Shown here piece after piece: positions 13,264-24,373 of a stretch of DNA of 64,000 nucleotides (position 1 is the stretch's first letter; each line of letters opens with the position of its first letter). The stretch is from Rhizodiscina lignyota (Eukaryota). The DNA is taken from assembly GCA_010015805.1 (NCBI GenBank), contig ML978126.1, positions 868,001 to 932,000 of the forward strand, given 5' to 3'. A program made the translations under genes and the position numbers. Below the pieces are notes generated by a model, which saw nothing but the letters and a program-made list of their open reading frames with translations, made no database searches and was not told the DNA's origin.

Positions 13264-13290
13264 TTATCTTGCCGCCAGATCTAGCCGCGC
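13264..13290. promoter_or_regulatory. Candidate Zn2Cys6 binding site ATCTAGCCGCGC (with an adjacent TTATCTTGCCGCC variant) in the oxidase/TF divergent promoter
   Basis: An 11/12 match to the ATCTAACCGCGC direct repeat at 16952 and 16976. It contains a CCG (CGG) triplet and sits about 260 bp upstream of ATG 13022. Confidence 0.45.
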
Positions 13291-13447
13291 ATGGCATCCT
13301 TTCTCCTCTTCTCTACGGAGGCGTACGGATTACCCCAGTCTGTGCTCGTGACATTTCTACTCCGCATCACATCTTCGCCTGGAGCGGGCGTTGTGGGGAT
13401 GCAACACTTCTCGCCTTACATTATTTGATGCCATCAGACGTGGGAAC

Positions 13448-15183
13448 ATGGCTAATGCAGCTCCTTTGGATCTGATGCTGGCGAACCGGTTTCCAAGACG
13501 ACACTCCCAGCTCGCGTACGATCTTGTCGATGGCCATGAGGAGTCACATCAGGGTCGACATCGCAGTTCTCGCGCCCTGCGACCCAATTACCCACGTGTA
13601 AGAACAGGATGTCTAACCTGCCGCATTCGCAAGAAGAAGTGCGACGAGATCAAGCCGCGGTGTGCAGGTTGTCGCCGGAACCAAGTTTACTGCGAATGGC
13701 CGTGTGCTACGAACGTCAAGCCCTCGAAAATGGATTCCCAAGAGTATCTCCCTGACTCTGAGGACCTGCATCTTCGATCTTCTTCACCAGTAATTTCACA
13801 CACCGCCGGAGTGACAGGATTGAGAATTTCTTGGGATTTACCACTACGTGAAGATCTGCCCCCGCTCTGCAAAGGCGAAGTAGGAAATTTCTGGTCTCTG
13901 TTCAACCCACGTGTTGGGACCTGGACTGGCTCAGACCGACCCTGCTCGCTGACACCAGCATCTCTTCTGCTATTCAGCCACTACCTGAGCGAGACTGGGG
14001 TCTTACTGGCTATGGTACCATTTCACAAAAATCCCTTTATTACGCACATTGTCCCAATGGCCTGCACGGACGACTTGTTAATGCACAGCGTGCTGGCATT
14101 AAGTGGAGCACACCTAGCGTTCAAACAAGATCTGGATGCGTCCATTCAGAGTGCTACTTTGCGCCACTATTCAGAAGTCATTCGGGGTCTGCGAACTGAG
14201 GTTGGCAGTCTTCACATGAAAGATGCTCGAGGCACTCTAAGACTGCTGCTCATTTCCATCATGGTGTGCCACTACGAGGTCAATGTTCTGATTCGACATC
14301 TTCAATGCTCAAGCTAATCAGCGCACAGGTCCTATCAGGAGACATGACTGGAACTACCTTTAAACACTTGCGTGCAAGCCGGGAACTTATTCTTCAGCTC
14401 CTTTCGCAGCCTGATGGACTTACGGCCGGCTTTCTCGCATTTGAAACTGATGCACTTGGTCTCTGCCTCGAGCTTTATGCTTACATAGTGATTATGAACT
14501 CACTCTCACCCTACGGCAGTGTGGCCACTCGGACCATGCCGTATGATACATTCGTCCTGTCGCTGGGGACGTTAAGCTCATATTCGACCTTTGGCACGAT
14601 GTTTGGTGGAATACACGGGCTCTTTGAGCTTATTCCACAAGTTGCGTTGTTAGCCTCTCAGAGGCTGGTGGAAGAAGAATCAGGAATGACCAAGCCAGAT
14701 CCAGAGACGGTTGCAATGCATGATTCTCTCGAAGCTCGTATTCGAAATTGGGATCTCTCCCCAGATCCATCAGAGGATACTACGGAGTGGGAAGAGCGAA
14801 GCACTGCGGGCGAAGTGCTCCGACATGCGTTATACATCTATCTCTCTACTGCGCTAGCCGGATCACTCATATCCGACCCTGATATCTTATCGTTCATCCA
14901 ATTCCATATCGATGCTATCCTCAACATGGCCGGTTCTCTGGCAGAGTCTCATTACGCATGTACCCTCATGTGGCCACTACTAATCGCTGGCTCATGCATG
15001 GTCAGAGAATCACAGCGTACTGAGCTTGTCACGAGGCTTCGGGCATCTAGATATCGCATGAAGCATGTGTTTTCGGCTTGCGACCTTCTGCAGAAGCTAT
15101 GGGAAAGCCATGATCCGCAAGCGTATGGGCCCTATGGACTCTACATGATGGAGAGACATGACTATTGCATACCAATTATCTAG
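13448..15183 (+). CDS. Zn2Cys6 transcription factor with a C-terminal fungal-specific (DUF3468/Fungal_trans_2-type) domain; exons 13448-14278, 14329-15183
   Basis: Binuclear cluster RVRTGCLTCRIRKKKCDEIKPRCAGCRRNQVYCEWP, plus NPF..HIVPMA..DDLLMHSVLALSGAHL and LMWPLLIAGSC. Intron 14279-14328 (GTCAAT..GCTAAT..CAG). The first in-frame ATG is at 13448; the ORF-track start at 13391 is TTG. Confidence 0.92.
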
Positions 15184-15241
15184 CAAGAAACCTATTTGTC
15201 TGGACAAAGACTTGGTTGAACTTAGATACACGCAGTTCCTG

Positions 15242-16726
15242 TCAAAGCCTATTCTTTCTCAGGGTCCGAATAACCTCTTGCGCTCCCCTCACTCCAGACC
15301 GAACGGCGCCTTCCATATAACCTTTCCATACCAGCGCAGTCTCGGTCCCCACGAAATGCAGCTTCTCAAAAGGCTCACGAATTACTTTGCCCGCATCGCT
15401 AGTCAACAAGCCTGGCATCATAACCGGCGACGGAGCGCCGAGCGCCCATGGATCCTTGGCCCACTCCTTTTCGATGATATTAATTGGGGCTGGAACCTCT
15501 ACGCCCTTCTCTCTTGCAGTTCTTCCGAAAACAGCATCGAATTGCTCTTCCACCTGTCTTCGGCGCTCAGCGGCAGACCATTTCGACCACTCTCTTCCAC
15601 TGTCGCCAACAATGAAGCAAGTGATGCTATACTGCTTATCAGCCTCGACGCAAGTGTCCCTCGTAAAGGATATCGGTCCCTTCGCGGACGTCATGAGCCC
15701 GCTCAGTCCGGCTTCACGCCACCAAGGCACCCCGAAAACGAAGATTGTCTTCGCGTAGTAGCCCAGCGCTGTATTCTCTGCAAGCGCCTGCTTGGCTACC
15801 GGCAGTGGCGGCTCAAAGATTACGGAAGGCAAATTGGACGTTGGAATAGAAAGAATGACTCTCTGTGCATGAAAGACCGGTCCAGAACCTTCCGTCTCGA
15901 CCTTACAGCCCTGGGATGCTTCTTGCGAAACCCGGGAGACGGCTGTTGAGAGTCGAAGGGAGCCATGGGGTAGCAGAGCTGCCAGCCGCACTGAGAATTG
16001 CTGGTTACCTGCTCACGTCATTAAGCAGGGTCTCGGGGTAAATAGACGAATAGGATGTGAGAAGCTCCTACCTTGGCGATTTCTTAAATATTGACCACCA
16101 TGCTTCAGATCTGACGACATGTTCTCCAGTCCTGTCCCACTTTGGATGTAATTCAACATGAACAAGACACTGACTTCATCCGCCTCGACTCCAAGGAGTG
16201 CAGCACTCAACGAACTCGCTGCTTGCGCCGCAACATCACCTCCGGCGTCCGCGGCGAACTTGCTGAAAGTGACCGAGTCTAACGACGCAGCGTTTGGACT
16301 CAAGTGTGGCTTTTCCAGGTGTCCTTCAGCGACTCGGTGATTTATACAATCAAAGAGGGCTCCCAATGCCTCCAAATCTTCTGGTGTCGATGGTTCTCGA
16401 GAACCATAAGGGTGTGTCACGACCTCTCCGCCCGGTCCCTGTGACAGGCTGAGACCTGAAGCTCTTTGCTTGACTAGATCGAACCCGAATTCGCGAGCTA
16501 ACTTGTACATCTCGCTTTGGTTGCTGTCGTTGATCCAGGCGGCACCCACATCGACTTTTCCGCCTCTGCCGGATGAGTCGAGGCTCAAGGTCTTGCCGCC
16601 AACTCTGTCTCTTGCTTCAAGTACGAGAACAGATAACCCTGCTCGATAGATGTCGACAGCTGCGCGTAGACCAGAGAGTCCGGCGCCGACGACGATAACA
16701 TCAACTGATGCGGAATTTGTCGCCAT
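15242..16726 (-). CDS. Flavin-containing amine oxidase (MAO family); exons 16072-16726, 15242-16008; ends in PTS1-like NRL
   Basis: Motifs VDVIVVGAGLSGLRAA..VLEARDRVGGKT, DVGAAWIND, GYYAKTIF..PWWR..GLSG and EPFEKLHFVGTETALVWKGYMEGAVRSGVRGA. Intron 16009-16071. Confidence 0.93.
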
Positions 16727-16951
16727 TGTGGTTTGTTAAACAACGATGGCTACTACCAAGGAGAATCAGGCCATCCGTAAACTTCAACCGCTACTGAGAA
16801 CCTCCGTCAAAGGCGCCATATATCTTGAATGGTCCATCCGCCATCAGTTCAAGGTCGAGCAAAGGCAACCGCGGTCGTGCTGCAATCGATTTTGGGTTTT
16901 GATCCGAGTTCAGACTTCAGCCCCACAGCGAGGTGGGTCTGGGCGGAATTT

Positions 16952-16987
16952 ATCTAACCGCGCCAAGCATCTGAAATCTAACCGCGC
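16952..16987. promoter_or_regulatory. Direct repeat ATCTAACCGCGC x2 (24-bp period) in the oxidase/permease divergent promoter
   Basis: Exact 12-mer at 16952-16963 and 16976-16987. The first copy overlaps a TTATCT (GATA) site. Confidence 0.5.
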
Positions 16988-17609
16988 TGTGCATTAGCGC
17001 CCGCCACAAAGTCTGGGGCCCCGCGCTCCTTCACAAAACTCTGCACGGTTGCACAGACAACAGTGTTACGCCCGAAGTGTTCTTGCCTCCTCGATCGCTA
17101 GTTTTGTGAGGCACAGTATCTTGACCATGCTGTTTATCTACCCGCTCGATGCGTTAGTCCTAGGGCGAAGCGCTTCAGTCGGCATGAGGCCTTCGATGTG
17201 CCCTGATATGCGTAATAGCATGCGGGCCGGTAGAGTTTGGCTTCTGTTCTTCAATTTAATTCGATGTTTCATGCTCAGACTTGAGTCCAGATGTTAGGAA
17301 ATCTACTTCGGAATTGTAGCTCATGTGATTTTCCTTTATCTCATCCATTGCCCAAATTTATGACACTGCATCCTTTGCTCCGATGTAGGTTTTGGATTTG
17401 ACGATCCACGATGAACTTGCCGCGGCCAGCCAGGTCACCACCTTCTCTTCTCGCGGCTCCAAACCCCCTAAGAACTCTTCTAATCGGCTAATATGAAGCC
17501 TTAACCCCCCCTCGACTCGATTATTGATTAGCTGCTCTTCCACCTGCCAGTGCTTTATTGTCTCTTCTTCTCCTTGTGCAATTTCACATTTCACAAATAA
17601 CAAGAAGCA

Positions 17610-19492
17610 ATGTTCCCCGTTCAAACGAATACCTCCGGTTCTGGGAGTAGGTTACGGATTTTCTTATCCTCCACGCAATCATTTCAACTGAAACCTGAAC
17701 CGTCAGACTTTCCCGAGAAAGCAGAGATCCCCTCACCAGTAACCCGGAGCATCGAAGAGGATAACAATGTTGAGCTCGGACTAGAAATTCCTGCAAATGG
17801 CCAAGGACAAATGAAGAAAGATCTGGGGGCTCTGACGCTTCTAGCCATTTGCTTCAACATCTGCAACAGTTGGCCGGGCCTCGCCGGCAGCGTTCAAATC
17901 GCTCTACTCCAAGGTGGTCCAGCAACACTTCTCTACGGCATGATCATCAGTGCCAGTCTTTACATCTCTATCGCTTTGACTATGGCGGAGCTCGCGAGTG
18001 TGTACCCGACTGCTGGAGGTCAATATCACTTCGTATCCATCCTTACGCCGAAATCTCTGAATCGTGGTTTATCCTACATCTGCGGTCTACTCACAAATTT
18101 TTCCTGGATTGCCATCGGAGCCTCCGTCCTGATGATCCCAAGCATGCAAATCACTGCTCTCGTGTCTCTTTACCGCCCGACATATGTCGTTAAGGCTTGG
18201 CACGAATTCTTAATCTACGAAGGATTTGGCCTCGTGATTCTCTTGTATAACCTTTTCGCAGTGAAGAAGCTCCCAAGAACTCACGACGTTGGATGTAAGT
18301 CATCTCTTCTCATACGACTCGCAAAAGATGGGACAGCGTACTAACAACTTGTGAATTCGACTTCAGTCGTATTGACCCTCACGCTGTTTGTCGCTACAAC
18401 CCTGACATTTGTCATTCGCTCCTCTCCCAAGGCAAACAACGACTTCGTTTGGGCGACCTTCACAAACTTCACCGGCTGGCCAGACGGTGTCTGCTTCCTC
18501 ACATCTCTTCTAACTACTTGCTTTATCTTCGCCGGCTTGGATGCATCGTTGCACATGGCGGAAGAAGCCCCGAATCCACGAGTGTCGGTTCCAAGAGCCA
18601 GTGTCACCGCGATTGGAATTGGTTTTGTAACAGCCTTTGCATATGGCATTGTACTGCTGTATAGCATCCCAGATTTCGAGTCGATTGTTGCGATCGAAGG
18701 GTGAGTCTCACCGTGTGTCGCGACGTTCCATGGACTAGCTGATCGGATCCCTTAGCTATTTGCCCCTCGAAATATCCCGCCAGGGAATGCGCTCCGACCT
18801 TGCAGCTGCTATCACCCAGGCGGCTGGTGTCGTCATGACATTCTTTGTGATGAACGCAGTGCTTGAGACTGCCTCTCGGATCACCTGGGCGCTAGCTCGC
18901 GACAATGCATTGATATTCCCCGGCACATTCAGCAGTATTCATAGCACTCTGGGCGTTCCTATTTGGTCGATAATACTAGACTGGGCAATCCTGTCTCTGC
19001 TGGGATTAGTCTTTCTTGCATCGACAACAGGTGAGTTGGCAAAACTGCCAAAGATGCACCGAAGCTTTCTGACTTCCACTGACAACTTGTTAAAATAGCG
19101 TTCAATGCTCTTCTCGGATCTTGCGTGGTGTTGCAGCAGCTCTCATTCCTTATGCCCACAGTTCTCCTCATGTACCAGAGAAGATCGGAAGTCTTCTTAC
19201 CACGGAACAGGGCTTTCCGTCTACCCAATTGGTTTGGATGGATTGTCAATGCTTGGGTCGTCGTTATGTCCGCGCTTCTTGTCATTTTCTTCTTGCTGCC
19301 GCCTTTTCTGCCCGTCACTGGGAGTAACATGAGTCGGTATCCCTCCTACAGCTTGAGGTGGACTTTCAACTGACAGAAGAGACAGATTACAACGTCGTCA
19401 TCTTGGGAATCGCTGCCATTCTGGGGATTGTGAACTGGTTCGCCCACGCTAAGAACCACTATCAAGGTCCGAGAATATTCTACCACGACTGA
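17610..19492 (+). CDS. APC-superfamily amino acid/amine permease, ACT family (GABA/choline permease-like); exons 17610-18294, 18367-18700, 18756-19030, 19099-19332, 19386-19492
   Basis: Motifs FNICNSW, GGPATLLYG, MAELASVYPTAGGQYHFV, F.NFTGWPDG, GLDASLHMAEE, ASRITWALARDNAL and GSNMNY..WF.HAKNHYQGP. Four canonical introns restore a single frame. Confidence 0.93.
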
Positions 19493-19836
19493 CGATAGTG
19501 CTCTTTGCACAAGTTGAGCCTCATCTGTAATGAGTGGGCTTATATTAATGGGTGCTAGTATGGAAGCCGGTAAGACTCGAGGCCCATGAACCAATTGTGT
19601 GAGCTGGATCAGTTGCAGGTCAAATATGATCAATATCAGAGCAAAATGTTCGTCAGAGCGTTGTCCTTCTCTTTCGCAATCTTTATGTCCGCTCCTCCAC
19701 GCGATCTCTAGCCATGCGCACGTCCTCTTTCGATATCGTGTCCGGCGCACTACGGAATAGTGCGCGACGTATGATGTCAGTAAAGTCTAGACCGAGATTA
19801 ATATCAGGACGAGAATGTCTCCTTTCTCTATGCATT

Positions 19837-22800
19837 CTATACGAACATACCTTTGTTCCTAGCATGACCAGCAAAGCCGCGCTCAACCTTACCAAGCTTC
19901 TGGGAAAAATCTATTTGACGAAGTTCTTCCCACATAATTTCATCAAGTTCTTGACCACACCTAAAAAGTCCTAGCTGTGAGTTGCACCACAGGTCCGGAA
20001 GAATGGATGACACCTCAGACCACCATTCGTCCCAAAACTCGTCCAGTGTGCCATCGAAAGCGCTGCGGCGCTGAGAGTATGCCATCATTATGAGCTGAAG
20101 TTGCTCAAGGTAATAACGATCTTCTTCTTGAATCTCAGCAACTTCTCCTTCCGTCGGACAAAGCAGAATTCCACGTTGGTCATTGAGGTCGCAACATGAA
20201 TGTTTCATGCCTAAACGCTCAAACATTTCAATGCGGCAAGCTTCTTCAAAAAAGACTTCCATCTCCGGGCCGTCATACCCACACTGTTTGCACCAACGAG
20301 TGAGGATTGCTCTTCTAAAGCTCCATCCTACTAGAAAATACCCAGGATCTGTACTTTTCAGGACCTTGTGAATTGGAAGACACCCGCTCGAGGAGCAAAA
20401 ACAGCTGCACCCATCACGTTGAAGTTTTCCGGTGGCTGAAGCAGCAGTGGCCAATGTAGCACCATAATATTCTTCTTCCTTGTTCCACATAGATGCCCAC
20501 GCTTTTCCCATGTAGAATAGAGCTGATGGAGCATAAGGCCTCGGAAAGGAGGCGGATGCGCCAATTTGCACAAGGCAAGATATTAAACGCCAGTCCCCAA
20601 ACTGCACGGATCCCAATAGAGAACATTCGCGAAGCAGCACCGTGCGGCCATCCGGTAACGGTATATCCACAGCTGACGGGGAGAACCCAACGCTCGAAAG
20701 TGCCCGCGCCATCGCCACAGAGTCTTTAGCAAGATGAAAGACCGTAGCTTGGGGCCCAGGGAAGAGGGCAGGAGGTACAGGAATACTTCTGTCCATCAGA
20801 GCCTCGTATACTGGGAGAGCCCAGATGTCGAGAATTGGCTCAGTATGGAGCCCTAAATTATCTTGATCTGCTTGCGTGAGGTTGTCTGCAGCCAGGTCCC
20901 GAAGTCGATGCCGCCGATTAGCAATAGCTGCTGCGAAGCAAGATGCGAATTGGTCTCCTATACTGTCGAAAAAGCTTGGATGAAAGCGAGAGAACATCGC
21001 GCAATCATGTTCAAGGAGAATCGTGAAAGAGTCTATATCTCTAGTTGTGTGGGCAAGACTGAGAGCAGAAAAGCCATTCGCGCCTGCTTCAATAAGAAGT
21101 TTCGTGCCTTCTGGCCAACCGAGCGCACAACACAGAGGAGTCGAGAAGCTATGAGCTAGTTCTGTTTGACCGGCATCCCAACCTTCGGAGAGCAGTCTCT
21201 TTACGTCGGACTTCGAGTTCCGGACGCACGCATTCTGAAGATAGCTCAGATTCCAACCTGAATGTGTCAGAAACGTTCGTCATGCTACATAACACAACTT
21301 ACATTCAAGAATCTCGAGAAAGGACCTTAACATTGAGCAATGATGCCCGACTCGGTCTAAATGGGTATCTCTAGATACTTCCATAACTATGCATTCGTTT
21401 TCGATTAGAGCTGACTCTATCCAGTGAGCATTACTCGGGTCGACCACCAAAGTCATACGACGGTAGTAAATCGCAAAATCAAGGGCTGTCCCGGGCCATC
21501 CAAATATAAACGGGGTGACAGCGTTCATGTCGACACCAGCATGGAGAAGCAATTTCACTGTATGCTGAAAACTACTGAGCATATCGGCGTTAGTATCAGC
21601 CTTACAAAACCAAGCGACTTTTACGAGTTCCTATGTCCAATTAGAGGGGGGCTTTTTGGCAAAATCAGTCACAATTCAACCACTCACATGAAGCAGAGTG
21701 CTTCCATTTTCATCTTTGCCTGTAGCGGATGCCATCCCTGTTTCAAAACATCTCACGAGGTCTTGAGCTAGATTGTTGAAGCGTTGCTTAAGCTCTCGTT
21801 TCTTTTCACTAGATGGTTCAATGAAGAATGGTTTATAAAATTCCCGGAAAATGGCAAATGCTGGTGAAGTTTCTCTGGAGACTGTGGCATAGTAGTTTAT
21901 TGGTCGTGCTAAGGAGAAGCCTCCTGCGCCAGAAGTGGCACCAAATGTCATTTCTAGCGTGCGGGAGAGGATTGGCAACAGGCACAGACGGATCCCATAT
22001 TCCCATGTGTGCATTGATGCTGTGCGGAATGGACAAGATGTATCGTGTTTCCATTTCCGAATAGTGGAGGACCAAAATGGCCATTTTGCCCAGTATTTTG
22101 ATTGCGTATGAGGAATACAGTTGCAAAATCGACTCCGTAATCCTAATTTTCGTCGGCCGGAGTTGGGGCTTGCTTCTGCGCACTGCTCCCATTGCTCTGC
22201 AAGGTAAGAGGGCTTTGAAAGCAGATGTAATCTTAGTCTTACGATCTCAGCTTGCATATCGGACGCAGCAAGAAGAAGCGCCGAATTACCCTGCTCCGAC
22301 AGCGTTGCTACGTTGTCAATCTTGGTAGCTATCGAAGATTGACCGGCTTCGAAAGTGGCGATCGAACTTCGCTCAAACTTCTGAAGGCTATCCACAAGCT
22401 TGATGTTTCCGTCTGTGATATGATCGTGGAGCTGATTAACTTCTTGCTTAGTGTCTGCGATCAGGGAATGGGTTCCGTCGAGCTTTGTCTCCAGCCGTGC
22501 ACTGTGCTGTTGAACACGGTCGTTGAATCCATCCCTCGTTGATGTGATTTCTGCCGTTATCCTAGTTAAGCCGGCTTCGGTCGAATTGCCAACGGATGAT
22601 ACGGCATGTTCAATGGATTGATGCCCAGCGGTTGTATTGGCGCCAACCATGTCCAGAGTTGTATTGGTGCAAGAGGTGAGCAGGATGTGGGTGGTGGTTT
22701 TGGTTTCGTGGATTCGCTCAAACAGACGGGATATTTCCTCCTCCTTCTTGACACTGATGACCTCCCGCCATCGCTTGCGCAGAAATGCATCGTTCGACTG

Positions 22801-23085
22801 AGTCTGTAAAGGCTCTAGTATAGACTTCAGCTCATCTAATAAATCTTTCATCTTGTTGCACTGTGCCTGCAAATCAGGAACATTGGAACCAGAGCCGGCG
22901 GGAATCCCAGCAATCTCAGTTTCGAGTCTTGCGAAAAGCCGCGAGGCATCTTCCAGATCAGCGACAGCAGCTTCGACTCTCTGTGGTGCGCGTTTGAGTT
23001 TAGAGAGATATTTTACAGCCTTGCAACAGCTGGCGAAGAGGTCCTGAGCTGCGGCGACACCTCCGAGAACCTCGAGACCAGACAT
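19837..23085 (-). CDS. Protein with N-terminal HeLo-like (fungal N-terminal domain of STAND proteins) domain and ankyrin-like repeats; exons 21688-23085, 21303-21630, 19837-21257
   Basis: The N-terminus MSGLEVLGGVAAAQDLF...LKRAPQRVEAAVADL is typical of this domain. Ankyrin-like segments are KDENGSTLLH, KLLLHAGVDMNA and TPLCCALGWPEGTKLLIEAGAN. The C-terminus has a CSCFCSSSGCLP / LGMKHSCC / EIQEED block. Introns 21631-21687 and 21258-21302 keep the frame open. Confidence 0.75.
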
Positions 23086-23336
23086 CGTGAAGTGAGAGTA
23101 ACAAGACTGCAGAGAGATATTATTCGGCTCAGTCTAGAGAGTATTGATTGATCACATAAGGAAGATGAAAGAGAAGGAAGAGAGATCTGAAGCATTACCT
23201 TTCAGAGAGAAGGCTGTGTCGCAATTCAGCCTTGCGGCTCTGCCGGGCTGCACATCGCTACGTTGAGACTGTTAATTGGGTGGCCCCTGCAAGTTGCAGT
23301 AGCGCACGCGATACATAAGGACGATACTTTCAGCCC

Positions 23337-24373
23337 TCATGGAACCAGGACAGCAAACTCCAGCATGCCAAAATCCGGTCCCATGACCACACACGACTTG
23401 GGCGCATCAATGCTTTCCCACGTCCTCCAGTTTGCCTCGACCGGAAGATCCATGCCTAACTCCTCGCTAGCCTGCTTCCATAGCCTTTTGATACTTTCGG
23501 CACTGTGCTTAACGGGGTTTTTGCCGGTATACTTGCCTGATGTGTATTTCTTAAAGTCTTCAATACCCTCTGCGACGTTACTTCCTACTAGATTTCCAGC
23601 TATCATGGCGCCAGAACTCTTTCTAGCATACTTGAGGAGCCTCTTGCAAGCCAATACGCCCCTTTCCCACTCGAACTGGTGAATGATAGCGCCGCAGAAG
23701 ACTACGTCAACGTTGCCATCGAACATCCTGGCAGCCTCACTGTCCTCGGAAAAGTCAAGAATGTCACCGTGACAAAATGTTGCGCTGAATCGATCCCGAT
23801 CGCGGAACAGTTCGTAGCCCAGATCCCAGAATGGCAGGAGGTCGGTTCCGTTCAAGGTAGAGCTCGGAATTCCTGCAAAGTGCAGCGCTCGAACATCGTA
23901 TGCGATATAAGCCCCGACATCCAGGAATGTTGCATCGGGCGTTTCTTTGAGATAACGATTTCCTTCCAGCGGAAGTGCCTTGTGATGAAGGGGACAATAA
24001 ATGCAAATACTCCGGTGCATGGATAAGCTCTGATATCCCAGAGCTTGTTCCGCTGAGAATGACTCGTTGGTCTAAAGATGTTTGGTGGAGCATCTATCCA
24101 CTTACGATCTCAACAATATGCTGTCCAAGTTGGTCCGGTGGGATTCCGCTGTAGGTCTCGAAAAAGTCACGTATCTATCGAGACTGTAAGCAGAGTATTC
24201 AAAGTTTACGACATTGGACATTCCGCCGAGAGCATTAGACTTGCCTCTGGAGTTATCACCTCCTCTACGCCTTCATCTTTCGTAAAGTAAGGTAGGTCTC
24301 GAGATTTAAGCTTCGTGTAGCCGGGGTCTAACTCTCCCGTGTCTATCTCTTCAATGTTCTTGAAACCAGACAT
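23337..24373 (-). pseudogene. AusD/Trt5-like SAM-dependent methyltransferase with an apparent frameshift near 23953-23956 (exons 24245-24373, 24106-24174, 23337-24052)
   Basis: The spliced frame gives ..ITPE|IRDFFETYSGIPPDQLGQHIVEI|RNKLWDIRAYPCTGVFAF..WKEIV. The conserved continuation YLKETPDATFLDVGA..GTDL..FWDLGYELFRDRDRF is in another frame: exon 3 starts at 24052 and the downstream ORF at 24020, a 32-nt offset. A sequencing error is possible. Confidence 0.7.

Noticed and set aside
15158..15949. 263-aa plus-strand ORF
   Set aside because: It lies antisense to amine oxidase exon 2 and has no recognisable motifs.
23337..24373. Methyltransferase as a marker of a secondary-metabolite (meroterpenoid) cluster
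   Set aside because: There is no PKS, NRPS, prenyltransferase or terpene cyclase in the window, and the gene appears frameshifted.
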